Part shown: positions 51,336 to 63,099 of the stretch, piece after piece | Layout of the letters: every line of letters starts with the position of its first letter | Numbering within the stretch: position 1 is the first letter of the stretch | DNA from: Callorhinchus milii | Lineage: Eukaryota | Assembly: GCF_018977255.1 (NCBI RefSeq) | Contig: NW_024704743.1 | Coordinates: forward strand, 21,268,001-21,332,000 | Direction: 5' to 3' | DNA: 64,000 nucleotides | Notes under the pieces: generated by a model | Database searches by the model: none | What the model saw: only the letters and a program-made list of their open reading frames with translations | What the model was told of the DNA's origin: nothing | Program-made: the position numbers and the translations under genes

Positions 51336-53631
51336 AGATATTTCCAGATGCTTGAGTTTATCTGGTTGGGAGAGTAGGCAGACAGGTAGGCTACTTAGCA
51401 TGGCTTTTGAGTTAGCTAATACTATAGAGCAAAAGAAGCGATCTGTGGTGTCCCGTGCTGTTACTTCCCAGCCAATATAATATATGAGGGGCCAGGAAAG
51501 AAAAAAAAGTCAGGCAGGGTTCCTGCTTCCCAATGCTATCTGCTTGGAAAGTGGACGTGTGGAGACTCAGCTGTTAGACTTTCCCACCCTTACCACTGAC
51601 ATTTCCTAACTAGACGTACACATGAAGAATGCATGAATCAGTGCATTTCAATAGGAGTGATGAAAGAATAAACAGATGTTGAACTGAATCTCACATTTGC
51701 ATGACCAACATTTACGTGTGACTTGTTTTGCAGTGCTAGAAAAATACACATTCAGATCTCTCATCAACCCAACAAGCTACACTGTACTGTCTATGTGATA
51801 CAGTAATATTTCACTGAAGCAATTTTTGTTTTAGTAGAAGGGAAGGGCAATGACAAATAAAAAGAGTGGCTGTGAAACGCAGTGCACTGGAGACAGCGAG
51901 GGGCATTTCGAGGGAGAAAGGAAAGATGAGGATCAGTCTGGATGCCAGGATTGCTCACCCGTTCAGACTTTTAAAAGAGAGACCAGGGAAGGTTGAGGAG
52001 GTCAGAGTCGGAAGAGTGGAGGTATTGGACAGAGCCGAGGAGGATGGTTTCTATCTTACCCATATTCCGTTCAGAGGGAACTTAGGCTCATCTGTAATTG
52101 AGTAATTCAAACTTTGGTTTTAACATCTGTGAATGTAACTGTATTGGTCCAGCTGACGGAGAAAGATGCCTATAAAGTTTGCATTTTGTTCTCACTCAAG
52201 CTTTCCATGACAAAATCTATCAGCAAGCCTCATGTCTTTAAAGAATCCTCGAATGGTGCAAGTCAATCAGCACAAACTCTCCAACACACTCTTTATAAAC
52301 CAACTCTGGTGTCTGCAGTTATCTACACTCGGGTTTGTGTGCACACCCTATTTAAATGTATGAACTTGTAAAAGTTCCACTCTCTTCATTCTTGTGAAGG
52401 TTTGTTTTGTCAGAGATGTAACAATAATGAGAGCAATTTATATTTTGTGTGTGATTCTTACAGACAGTAAGTTGGCAGTAAAGTATTTTAATGCTTGTTC
52501 ATTTAAACAAATCCTCTCAACATTTCATGAATCATCGACTACCTCATTTTAATCAGTGGTAAACAAAGTCCTTTATTCTGTTCAGTTGGTATAAATAGAT
52601 CTTTTTATAAAATACAATGATTTTCTATCACAGTGTTCTCCTTATGGAATGTCCCATAACTGCATAATTTAGGACCTTAGGACAGACTAATAATCCAGTA
52701 CGGTTCTAGGTGAGCACTGCATTACTGGAGTTGCTATCCAACAGATAAGACGTTAAATTGAGGTCTCGTCTGCTTGTTCAGGTGGACGTTCAAAATCTCA
52801 AAGAACTCTTCAAAACTAGAACGGAGCTTCTCCCTGTGTCCTGGTCAATATTCCCCCAGATAAAATTCGTCATTCACTTAATGAATGTTTGTGGGACAGA
52901 AAGAAGCGAGATCTAATTTGCGTTATTGCTTAACGAGATTCTAAAGAAGGAATCCGAGCCATAATCTAGTTAGAAATTCTAAAGGATTTCTTTGAAATAC
53001 CAGAAATGAGACTCCAAGGCCTCTTGCTCGGGTGCTTATGACTGCCCTGTTGCCCAAGTGCTCATTCTTCACAATGATCCAAGAGTGTTGATGGGTGTTT
53101 TGAAATCGCAGCTCACCCTGCGCAGTGTGGACACTCACAGTTTCCAGCAGGGTCACTACATAGCAATTGTGGGGAGAAAGCTGGCTGACCTTCCTGAATT
53201 AGGCAAATTTCCCACCTCCTCACACTTCTGTTTACCTGGCAGTAAATAGGAACATAGTTGTTAAGCGCTCTGGGATGGACGTTACCTTGCATGAGGGGCG
53301 CTATATAAATGCAAGTTGTTGTAGTTGCTGTTGTTAGCCATTTGGCGGAGCGATACTAATTTGGTCACTCAATCCACGGCTGTTTGTGGGACACTGTTGT
53401 GCGCAAATGGCTGCCGTGTTTCACCCATAAAGTATACAGTTAATTTACTTTACAGTGTATTCTGTGAAGCACTTTGAGACATCTCAATGACATGCTGAGA
53501 TGCTATATCAAATGCAAGGATTATTATTATCATCTGTATGACTCACGTGCTGCACCGGCCAGTTCGTTTGTTGCTGAGCTGTTGGGAGAACTCCTGGCTG
53601 CCACTGCTTTCTCCTATGATTGCAGTGATGA

Positions 53632-54668
53632 TTCACTCTCTTGGGATAATACAGTATTTTTAAGAGGTGCATAAACACTGAGGGCTGAGCAGAGTGAATA
53701 TTATCTAGTTATAGTGAGTCTGGAGTATTTAGATGTACAATGTATGGTGGAGAAAGGAAGTCCTGAAATTGGGAGGGAACAGTAAAAAAAAAACTTTTAA
53801 AAATTGATTTCAAATTATCTTTTTAAATTCAGTACCTGCCCTTGGTAAGAGTGCATTTACTACAACCTTTCAATTGAATTTTGCCTCCTCTCTAGCATGT
53901 ATCATCTACACTTCTAGACAAAACAATAATCTTGTTCCATGAAAATGATCTGAAGAGTTTAGAGCATTGGCTGTCTGTTCTTATCTCTGTAACCCGTCCC
54001 GTTTGCCCGATTCTGATCATGAAATCAGTTTTCCAGTTAAACAATCTTTCTTTTTCCACAAACATGAGCAGAGTTCAGACACATCTCCATCACAGTCGAG
54101 AGGCTTTCATTCCTGTACAGCACAATTATGATTACATTGAAGTAGGTGGGTCTGCTTTGATTTCTGCAGTGATTTACACTTTGCCCATCCCTTTTAGTCT
54201 GACTTGTTCATGCAATTGTAGAATTTTTCCGCACAAAATGTCATACAATTCATTGTGCCTATGCCATTAAAGGCTTTGTTGTAAGTACCTCTTAAAGAAC
54301 TGTGTACAGTTCTGGTCACTGCGACATGAGGCAGTCCCAGAGGCAGTGTAGAGGAGGGCAGTGGGCTGATCCTCGAGTTACAGGTATGAACTGTGAACAA
54401 TGACTGGATAAGCTACGGCTCTTAAAGCTTGAAAAGAGAATGTCCTGGAGGCAACCCATAGAGATACCAAAACAGCAGCTTGATCATGGGAAGATGGTCG
54501 AATGGGTATTTTGGAACAATGAGATCATACAGAACAAAGAACATTCTTCACTCTTGGGATAATACAGTATTTTTAGGAGCTGCATAAACACTGAGGGCTA
54601 AGCAGAGTGAATATTATCTAGTTATAGTGAGTCTGGAGTATTTAGATGAATAATGTAAGGTGGAGAAA
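53632..54668 (+). repeat. ~120-bp direct repeat pair (53632-53755 and 54547-54668)
   Basis: Both read cttgggataatacagtattttta.gag.tgcataaacactgagggct.agcagagtgaatattatctagttatagtgagtctggagtatttagatg. Confidence 0.9.
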
Positions 54669-54869
54669 ATGCTTGAGAGCCTTATAAGAGTTGCTGGCAG
54701 TACTTTTCTGAAGAGAATTGATGCTATCGGAAGAGGTGAATATGGATATAGAATGGGTAAAGCTTTATAAATCTATTGTTATTCTTAGCAGAAGACTGGT
54801 GATGACCATTGGGAAAAACTCCTTCAGGAGACAATAACTTGTGGAGTTTCAAAGGGCTCAGGGCGTTAA

Positions 54870-55190
54870 TACTATTCCTGAATGATTTAGAAATACGTTA
54901 TTTGTGCAATGAGAACATTTGCCGATGACGCCAAGCAAGATGAATAACGGAAGGAGGATACATAGCATGCAAAAAGATCTGGATCAATTACTTAAGTAGC
55001 CCAAGGAGTGGCAGCTGCATTTCAATATGAATGAATATCAGGCAGTGGATATTGAAAGGTGAAATCTTAAAAGCATTTACACAATGAAGAGAAGTCAATT
55101 ATTAGCGGCGGAGAAGGAAAGGAATCGTGGTATGATTATCACTCATTCCCTGAAGGTTTCTGGTCAAACGCTCATAAGTAAAGTTTATCG
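54870..55190 (+). mobile_element. CR1 RT fragment, heavily degraded
   Basis: tttgccgatgacgccaag (FADDAK), atgcaaaaagatctggat (MQKDLD), gagtggcagctgcatttcaat (EWQLHFN). Confidence 0.7.
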
Positions 55191-55989
55191 AGTGCAGGAT
55201 GACCTTATCATAAGGCCCCCAAGATTCCAACTTGCCTTATAACAGAGTGGCCTCCAGTGAGCATGTCCGCATTGTGATGGCACCAGCCAGACGACTGGTC
55301 ACATCACCTCTATATTGCGACATCACCAGTCACACGTCACTTCCTCATTGCGCGATGAATGCTATCTGACCTGCTGCTCCAGCATTGTGCACCGCTCTGT
55401 TGAGCTCCAAATCGTGACTGCATTATAGCAGGGCCCGCATTATAGCAGAGCCTGTGTTATAACAGAGCTCGCATTAGAGTGAGGCCCGTTGTGATGGGGT
55501 TCTCCAGTCCCAGGCTGCATTTTACGAATGTTTGTTGATGAATTGAAAGATGGCACTGGGATTAGAAAGGTTAAGGGATTGACATTTAATGTTGTAATTA
55601 TCACTGGTTATATTACTGCTGGTGATAATTACCACATGGACCCAAAAATGCGGTTAAATCCTAACCTTAACAACTTTAGGCTCACTAGAAGCTGTTTCAG
55701 TTCTGCTGGTTGGGAGGGGAATAATTAGCTAGGATTGCCATTTCTGATTACTGACCAGTGTGACCTTTGCTGGAATGTGTGTATGTTTTGTGAACATATA
55801 TAATGTATTGACAACTGTTGTAGATGGGATAGCTTTTGCTGAAATATTATTTCCCCCTCCCCCATGGCTACATGGCTCTTTGTGGGACTTTGCTGTGCAT
55901 AAATTGATCGTTGAGTTGCCTACAAAATACAGTCACTACACTTTGCAGTAAATCTTGTGAAGCGCTTTAAAGTGTTCCAGCATGAAAAA

Positions 55990-56962
55990 CGATCACACCA
56001 TTCTCCTCCACCACCTCTCCTCCCTCATCCACCTTAGTGGGACTGTACTCCCATGTTTCGAGACCTACTTAACAAACCACCAACAATACATCTTGGCAAA
56101 TGTTTTTTCCTCCCGCCCCCGCCCGGTCACCTGTCAGCTTGTTTGATGGGTGCAAATTTCCTGCAACTGAATGTTTGCAAGGCGCAAGCCATACTCTTTG
56201 ACTCCCGTCAACATCTTCTCTCCTGCGGATCTGAACTCCTCAGTTTCCCTAGGTCTTCCTCAGACTCTCCGAACCCGTGCTCAACTTAGGCGTCAGGTTC
56301 GATCCCTGGCTTTCCTTTCTACCACACATCCGTTTTCTGACCAGGACCACTTTTTTCCTCCTCCGTCATATTGCCTTCCTCCCTCCATACCTCACAACCA
56401 ATGCACCCATCCAAGCTTTAATTACTTCCTGGCTATTCCTCACTGGTCTCCCCAGCATCACCAGACACAAAATTCAATGAGTTAAAAACTCCGCCGCCCG
56501 GAAACTTACCCGCACAAAACTCCGTACCCCCATCACACCAGCCCTTATCAGGCTCCACTGGCTCCCAATTACCAAACGGATCAATTTCAGGATCCTCTCA
56601 CGTTTTTTCAAATCCTTTCATGCGCTAATACCTCCCTATCTATCCGATCTGTTTACCCCGCACTCCACCGATTGCTGCTTGTGCTCGACTGGCTCCGGCC
56701 TCCTGTCTGTCCTAGTCTCCTCCGCTCCACCATCGATGGCCATGGCTTCAGCCACTACGCCCCAAAAATCTGGAATTCTCCCCCTCAATCCCTCCACCTT
56801 GCCCCCTCCCTCCCCATTTTCAAATCCCGCCTAAAAACCTTCCTTTTTGATAGTGTTGATGGTCATCTCCCTCTCCCCCTGGCTCAGTGTCAGACTCTGC
56901 CATTTTCAAGTCCTCCAGGACTCCACCCTGCGTGAAGGGGGCTGTAATGCAAGTTGTTGTTA
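55990..56962 (+). mobile_element. L2 LINE 3' ~1 kb, degraded
   Basis: ANFLQLN, NLGVRFDPWLSFLPHI, RSTIDGHGFSHYAPKIWNS...FKSRLKTFLFD; tail gcaagttgttgtt. Confidence 0.9.
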
Positions 56963-57184
56963 AAAGGTGTTGGGTTGAATGCAAAGATTATACAAAATAC
57001 TGTATGAGCTCTCACACATGGGGAAAAAGCCAACTTGAATCAGAACCTTAAAGAAGAAGAGCTTTTCCCATGCATTGGCAGTCATGAAGATGTGAGTTCA
57101 GAAACACTGTTTTCTCTTAACAGTTCCATATTATCCTGAGTGACATCTCTAGATTTCACAAACAGTACAAACGGGGGCAGGTCC

Positions 57185-57450
57185 TACATAACAACATAGA
57201 AAATGCTGGACGACATAAAGACCAAGGTCCATCTAGCTCGCCTTCCACCTTCCTGGTGGTCGCATGTACATATGTCCCAAACTACCCACTGTACCCCATA
57301 ATGTTATTTCTCAGAAGAAAACTATCTAATCTGCGTTTGAAGGAATCAACACTTCCTACTTCAACCGTCTCCCTTGGGAGCTTGTTCCACTATTCGCTCA
57401 CTGAAATAGTGTTTTCGTAGATTCGTACTGAATTTACTGCCTTCTTTACA
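57185..57450 (-). mobile_element. CR1-type LINE 3' end fragment
   Basis: acataacaacatagaaa tail, gaccaaggtccatctag, gggagcttgttccac. Confidence 0.6.
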
Positions 57451-57565
57451 AGTCCTGAGACGATTCAAGCATCCAGATCAGCAAGTTCTCCAAGTCTGCC
57501 CATTTGTTTGAATTCTAATAGAGAAACCACTAATTCTTAGTTAATAGATAAATGTGAATAAGTGG

Positions 57566-59213
57566 AACAACAACAACAACTTCAATTTATGTAGCGCCCA
57601 GATGGCGTCTGAGAGCGCTTTACAATTTCGGATCCCGGAACCGAGTCAGGGGGAGGGGGGTGAAGGTGACCAAAGACGTGGTCGAAAAGAAAGGTCTTCA
57701 GCAGAGACCTGAAAATGGGAAGGTAGGGAGCGAGACGAAGGGAGTGAGAAAGGCAGTTCCAGAGCCTCGGGCATAGTGGCTGAAGGCACGGCCGCCGAGG
57801 GTGGAGCGGAGGACTCGGGGGACAAGGAGGAGGCCAGACCCGGAGGAACAATGGCAACGGGTGCTGTTTTGAGGAGAGGAGGTCAGAGAGGTAGTGGAGT
57901 GCAGAGGAGTGCAGGGACTTGAATATGAGGGTGAGGATCTTGAAGTCGATCCTCTCAGGCAGTGCAGTCTGGCAAGGACTGGGGTAATCGGGGAGCGGAG
58001 TATCGTGCGGGTGAGAATGCGGGCAGCAGAGTTCTGAATGAGTTGGATTTTATGGATGGTAGTGGATGGGAGACGGGCGAGGAGGGAATTGGAGTCGTCC
58101 AGCCGAGAGGTGACAAAGGCATGGACCAGGTTTCAGCGGCTTTTGGAGAGAGATATTGGCGGAGACGGACGATGTGACGAAGGTGGAAAAAGGCGGTGAT
58201 GGTAAGGGACCGGATGTGGGGGAGGAAGGATAATTGGGGGTCGAACCTGACGCCTAGGTTGCATACAGGCTTGGAGAGTTTTAGGGGGAGGTCGGGTAGG
58301 TGGAGGAGGTGAGAACCATGAGATTTTAGACGTTGACGAGAGCGAAAGAGTATGGCTTCCGTCTTGTCAGCGTTCAGCTGAAGGAAGTTTGCGCTCATCC
58401 AGCCCCTGAGGTCTGACAGGCAGACTGACAAGACATCAAGGGACTGGGGGTCACAAAGAGAGGTGGAAAAGTAGAGTTTGGTGTCATCTGCATACATGTG
58501 GAAATGTACCCCATGTCTGCAGATAATATCCCCAAGAGGGAACATATAGATCAGAAAGAGGAGGGGGCCAAGGGTGGATCCCTGGGGTACCCCACAGGTG
58601 ATCGGGTGAGAGCGGGAAGAAAAGCCGTTTATGCAGATGTACTGCTGGCGGTTTGTAAGGTAGGTCTCGAACCAGGCGAGTGCGGTCCCACTGAGGTGGA
58701 TGACGGAGGAAAGGCGGTGGAGGAGGGTGGCGTGATCGACTGTGTCGCGGCAGAGAGGTCCAGGAGGACAAGGAGGCAGAGGGAGCCCTGGTCACGGATG
58801 GAGAGGATGTCGTTTGTGACTTTCACAAGCACAGTCTCTGTACTGTGGGCAGGGCAGAAGCCGGACTGGAGGGGTTTGAAGAGGGAGTGGGAGGAGAGGT
58901 GTGCGCGAAATTGGTTGGCCACAACCCGTTCTAGAGCTTTTGAAACGAAGGGCAGCTTAGAAATGGGGTGGTAATGGCTGGGGTTTGAGGGATCTAGGGA
59001 GGGTTTTGTCAGGAGTGGGGTGATAACAGCAGTTTTGAGGGGGGCAGGGACTGATCTGGAGGAGAGGGACTGGTTGATGATGTCAGCCAGTAGTGGGCAT
59101 AGGAGGGGGAGCTGTGTGACCAGTACATTGGTGGGGAGGGGGTCGAGGCAGCAGGTGGTGGGTTTCATGGACGTGATGGCGGGTGAGAGGGAGGAGGGAG
59201 AGATGGGGAGAAA
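57566..59213 (-). mobile_element. L2-clade LINE, 5'-truncated ~1.65 kb, RT domain frameshifted (pseudogene)
   Basis: ORFs 58629..59216 ([44 protein letters not shown]) and 57955..58545 (HMYADDTKLY, NFLQLNADKTE) in different frames; (AAC)n tail at 57566. Confidence 0.95.
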
Positions 59214-59276
59214 CAAGACATTTCTCTTAGATCAGGTTGCTTGTTGATCATTTGGAGTCCTGTAGCTCAGTGGTTG

Positions 59277-59690
59277 GATTCAAGATCCTCGTCTTCACTT
59301 TCAAGGCCATCCATGGCCTTGCCCCCTCCTACCTCTCTGACCTGCTGACTCCCTACCAATCTGCCCGCTCCCTCCGTTCAGCGGGCTCCAGTCTGCTGCA
59401 TGTCTCCTGCCCGACCCGCCCTACCATCGGTGGCCGGGATTTCAGCTTCTCTGCCCCCACACTCTGCAACTCCATCCCACAGTGCCTTCACCTCGCTTCC
59501 TCGCTTGCCTCCTTCAAGGCCGGTCTCAAGACCCTCCTCTTCGTTTTTGTCTTCGGTCACTCTCTGCCTTCCCTCACCCCTACCCCACCCCTCCCCCATG
59601 CTCGAGTTCTGACCCCTGACTGTCCAGTGCCTTGGGACGTCCTCCTAACATGAAAGGCGCTCCATAAATGTAATTTTGTTGATGTTGTTG
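59277..59690 (+). mobile_element. L2 LINE 3' fragment inserted in a SINE tRNA head
   Basis: FKILVFTFKAIHGLAPSYLSDLL...RSLRS...IGGRDFSFSAPTL; flanked by SINE head halves. Confidence 0.9.
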
Positions 59691-59745
59691 CGGTTAGTGC
59701 ACTCATAGTGTGGCTCCAAGCATTCTGCTGCATCATAAATATTAA

Positions 59746-60010
59746 TGTCAGCCTGGCTCAGTTGGTAGTACTCTTGCTCTGAGTAAGAAGATTGTGGGTT
59801 CACAAGTCCTAGATTGGGACTTCGAGCTCATAGTCTAGGTTGACACTGCAATACAATGCTGAGAGAGCCTCCACAGTGCTAAAGGCTCCGCACTCAGGTA
59901 AGACCTTAAACCGAGGTACTGTCTGCCTGTTCAGTTGGACATTTAAAAATCCCATAGCATTATTTAAAAGAGAAGGGAGCATCTCTGGGTGTCTTGACCA
60001 ACAATCTGGT
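59746..60010 (+). mobile_element. Deu-domain-like SINE 5' portion
   Basis: tgtcagcctggctcagttggtagtactcttgctctgagtaagaagattgtgggttca...taaaccgaggtactgtctgcctgttcagttggacatttaaaaatccc. Confidence 0.75.
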
Positions 60011-60952
60011 CATAGAATGGGGTGCATCAGTCACTAAGGCACAAAGGGTGATAAAATGCAGAATGTATTATCAGTGAAAACTGACCAAAAATATGGTCAA
60101 AAGTATTCAATAGTTACCACTAGCTGGGGTGGGGGGATTCAATTTTAACTGGATTCAGTGTGATCATATAAAATGTTGTAAACTTCCCCCTTCTGCTGTT
60201 ACATTTGACACCAAGAGATGATCTTATGGAAGATGTGTATTTAATATTTTTNCAGGTGGAGCTGTGTTAGTTATAATATAATAATGTAATAATAATCTTT
60301 GCATCTGATATAGCGCCTTATCACGTCTTCGAGACGTCTCAAAGCACTTCACAGAATATACTGTAAAGTGAATTGACTTAATATTTTGTGGGCAAAGCAT
60401 AGTTTCAAATGTTAAGTGAATCTGAGAGGATGCATCCTCATTACCCTGACACTGCTCACTAAAACATGGTCCAAATTGGTTTAGTACGGATATGTTGACG
60501 TTTAAGTTGAACTTTTTTTTATAATTGAACATGAAGATTTTAGAACAGACTGTTTGTGTAAAAATGAAATACATTTCCCCAGAGGGCTGTAGAAGTTGAA
60601 TCAATTGAAATGTTTAAATGTTAGATAAAAAATAAAAATAATCCTTACATTTGATATAGTCCTTTCTCATCAGGAGGTCAATTCAAAATGCTTCCCAGGA
60701 ATTCCTGTATAGTGTGGTTACTCTATTTTATAGGCAAACATAGCAGCTAATTTGCACTGCTGATCAAACACAGATTTACCTAGAATTGCGGAAATGTTTG
60801 GTGGTGGTGGGTGCGGTGGTGGGGGGGAGCATTTCCAGCCTGCAGGCCACAGGTTGGCCATGACTGGACAGGTCTATAGTGTTGACTGGTTTTAATGGAC
60901 CATGTATTGCGTACACTTCAGTACATGATTAAATATGTTTTTCCCCATTTAG

Positions 60953-61057
60953 AGCACGGATGATAGCTATGGAGAAGCAGATTGCCAGCTTGACCGGCCT
61001 GGTTCAGTCTGCACTGTTCAAGGGAGGCAACGGCAACGGTACCAAAGAAATTCCCAG
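60953..61057 (+). CDS. KIAA1217: KIAA1217 internal coding exon (105 nt, phase 2 to 2)
   Basis: Hand translation (R)ARMIAMEKQIASLTGLVQSALFKGGNGNGTKEIP; MEKQIASLTGLVQSAL is the family hallmark. Acceptor ttttccccatttag, donor AG|gtaaga. Confidence 0.96.
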
Positions 61058-62868
61058 GTAAGACGTGAGATTTGCTTTCACGTCATTCCTTAAGCTAATT
61101 CATAGAAAATTCTCCCTGAGCTCTTTGAGATCATGACGGTATCTCTGTTTAATTCTGAACTACTGCATGCGATTGGAATTACATTGATCGGTTGAGAAGA
61201 AATGGGGATGAAAATTAATTCATGATGGGGGTACATTCTCCTGCCCTGAAAATGTCTCAATGCCTCAGTCAATGGCTGACCCCCGCTGACTTCATTCAAG
61301 TGGTTTTGATCGAATGCCGGTTGCACCAGCTGTTGAGCATTCTCTGTCACACACATTCCAGTGGCTGTTGGGCAAATAATGGCATCTCCAAACTTTTAAA
61401 CCTGAGTAAAGGCAGAATCGGTTTGGATGTTTAAACTGGGAGATGGATAGAGACAATGCAGCCTTGTCTTGTTAAGAGATCCATAAAACCCCATCCCATC
61501 TTATAGCGAGATGCGATAGTGGCTTTGGCTGCACATATGCAAACAAGCCAGTGCACTATTTCCGTCATCTTCTCACCCCATTGTTAATAATTGATTTGAT
61601 CCCTACAAAATGAAATTCAGGCGATTAATTTTGTGTTTCTGTTTAAACTTTTAGTGAAAAGCTCAAGGTCGGATCACACCCCAGCAGTTCTGAAGCAGGA
61701 GGTACTTGTTTTTCTTCTCCCTTCCACCTCTCTCCTTTCTCCAGCTCCCTGAAGGCTCTTTCTTAACCAAGCGTTTACAGCTATAGTTTACATAAGAATC
61801 AAAGGCAGGCATTGCACAATGTTGTTTCACCCAGAGGTCAAAAGTTTAGGTTTCACTGGAGCAACAGAGCAGTAATTCAAATTTAGAGAATTGACACGAT
61901 CTTCTAGGTCTTATTTGTATTTATCAGTCACGCCTGACAAAAAACCCTCCCATCATTGCATCAATGTATCAAAGGATACTTTTTGGTTCCAAAGGGACAC
62001 AAACTGAAAGTGAATAATAATATTTCTTGTATTTAAATTAGCGCCTTTCACATTGGGTGGACATCTCAAAGCGCTTCACAGGATTTACTGTAAAGTGTAG
62101 TGACTGTGTATTTTGTAGGAAAACGTGGCAACCAATTTTCTGACTGGTTACCATGTAATTGAAAATATTATTCTAATATGAATCAATCTGTCCATCTTCT
62201 GCAGCCCCGCCAACCATTAACATCATCCATGTTTCTTGACATTGTGAGAATATACACATTCCCCTTGTAGCATGTTCGCCTATACAATACACAGTCACTA
62301 AAGTTTACAGTGAAGCACTTTGAGATGTCCTCCTGATGTGAAAGATGCTTTATCAAATGTAAGGATTATTATTATTAACATAATAATAATGCGCAATGCA
62401 CTGCCCTGCAACGGAGAATCAATTGAGCTGCATTAAAGCAGTCGCCTACAAATACAAATTCACCCACAAAATATGCAGTCAATCCACTTTACAACATATG
62501 TTGTGAAGCGTTTGGAGACGTCTCGACGATGTGGTAATTCACTATCAAATGCAGAGATTATTATTACTATTATTATTAATACACTGTTACTGCCCTTGAC
62601 AAGAATTAACTGTAAAGCATTTTTGAAACATTTTATAGTTTTAGGAACTATTTCTGATGCAAAAAATACATTAAGATAAATAGAAACATGTGTAGTAAGG
62701 CTTGTGGCAGAGAACAGAGAAATCAGATTGAAAAGAAGTGTTTGTTATAATATAATAAAATGGCTAAATAGGTTTCATGACCAAATTGCTCCTCTATCTC
62801 CTTCCCATTATTTGGTGGTCTATAGTATATCCCCAGCAGCATAACAGCTCCTTTTCTGCTTCTCAACT

Positions 62869-63063
62869 CTAACCGCCTCCTCTTTTTCCTTCCCTATCCA
62901 TCATGAATACGTTGTAGCCAGGAACGTTAAGCTCCCATTCCTGCACTTGTTTGAGCCAGATCTCTGTTATTGCCACTGCATCATAATTCCATGTGGCAAT
63001 TTGCGCCTGCAGTTCACCGACCTTATTTGTCACACTCCGAGCATTTATGCACATGCACTCCAA
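62869..63063 (-). mobile_element. CR1 ORF2 N-terminal AP-endonuclease fragment
   Basis: CMCINARSVTNKVGEL...YDAVAITEIWL...GYNVF..DREGKRGGG. Confidence 0.88.
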
Positions 63064-63099
63064 AAGGGCCTTTGTCTACTTTGCATTTCTCCCCTGTCT

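Noticed and set aside
8274..61057. Assignment to SRCIN1/p140Cap
   Set aside because: Diagnostic motifs (SLPVVRSTNQTK, GVLYLQYGDE, HSMPPSPSRIPY, KSRKY, GSKTPP) fit KIAA1217.
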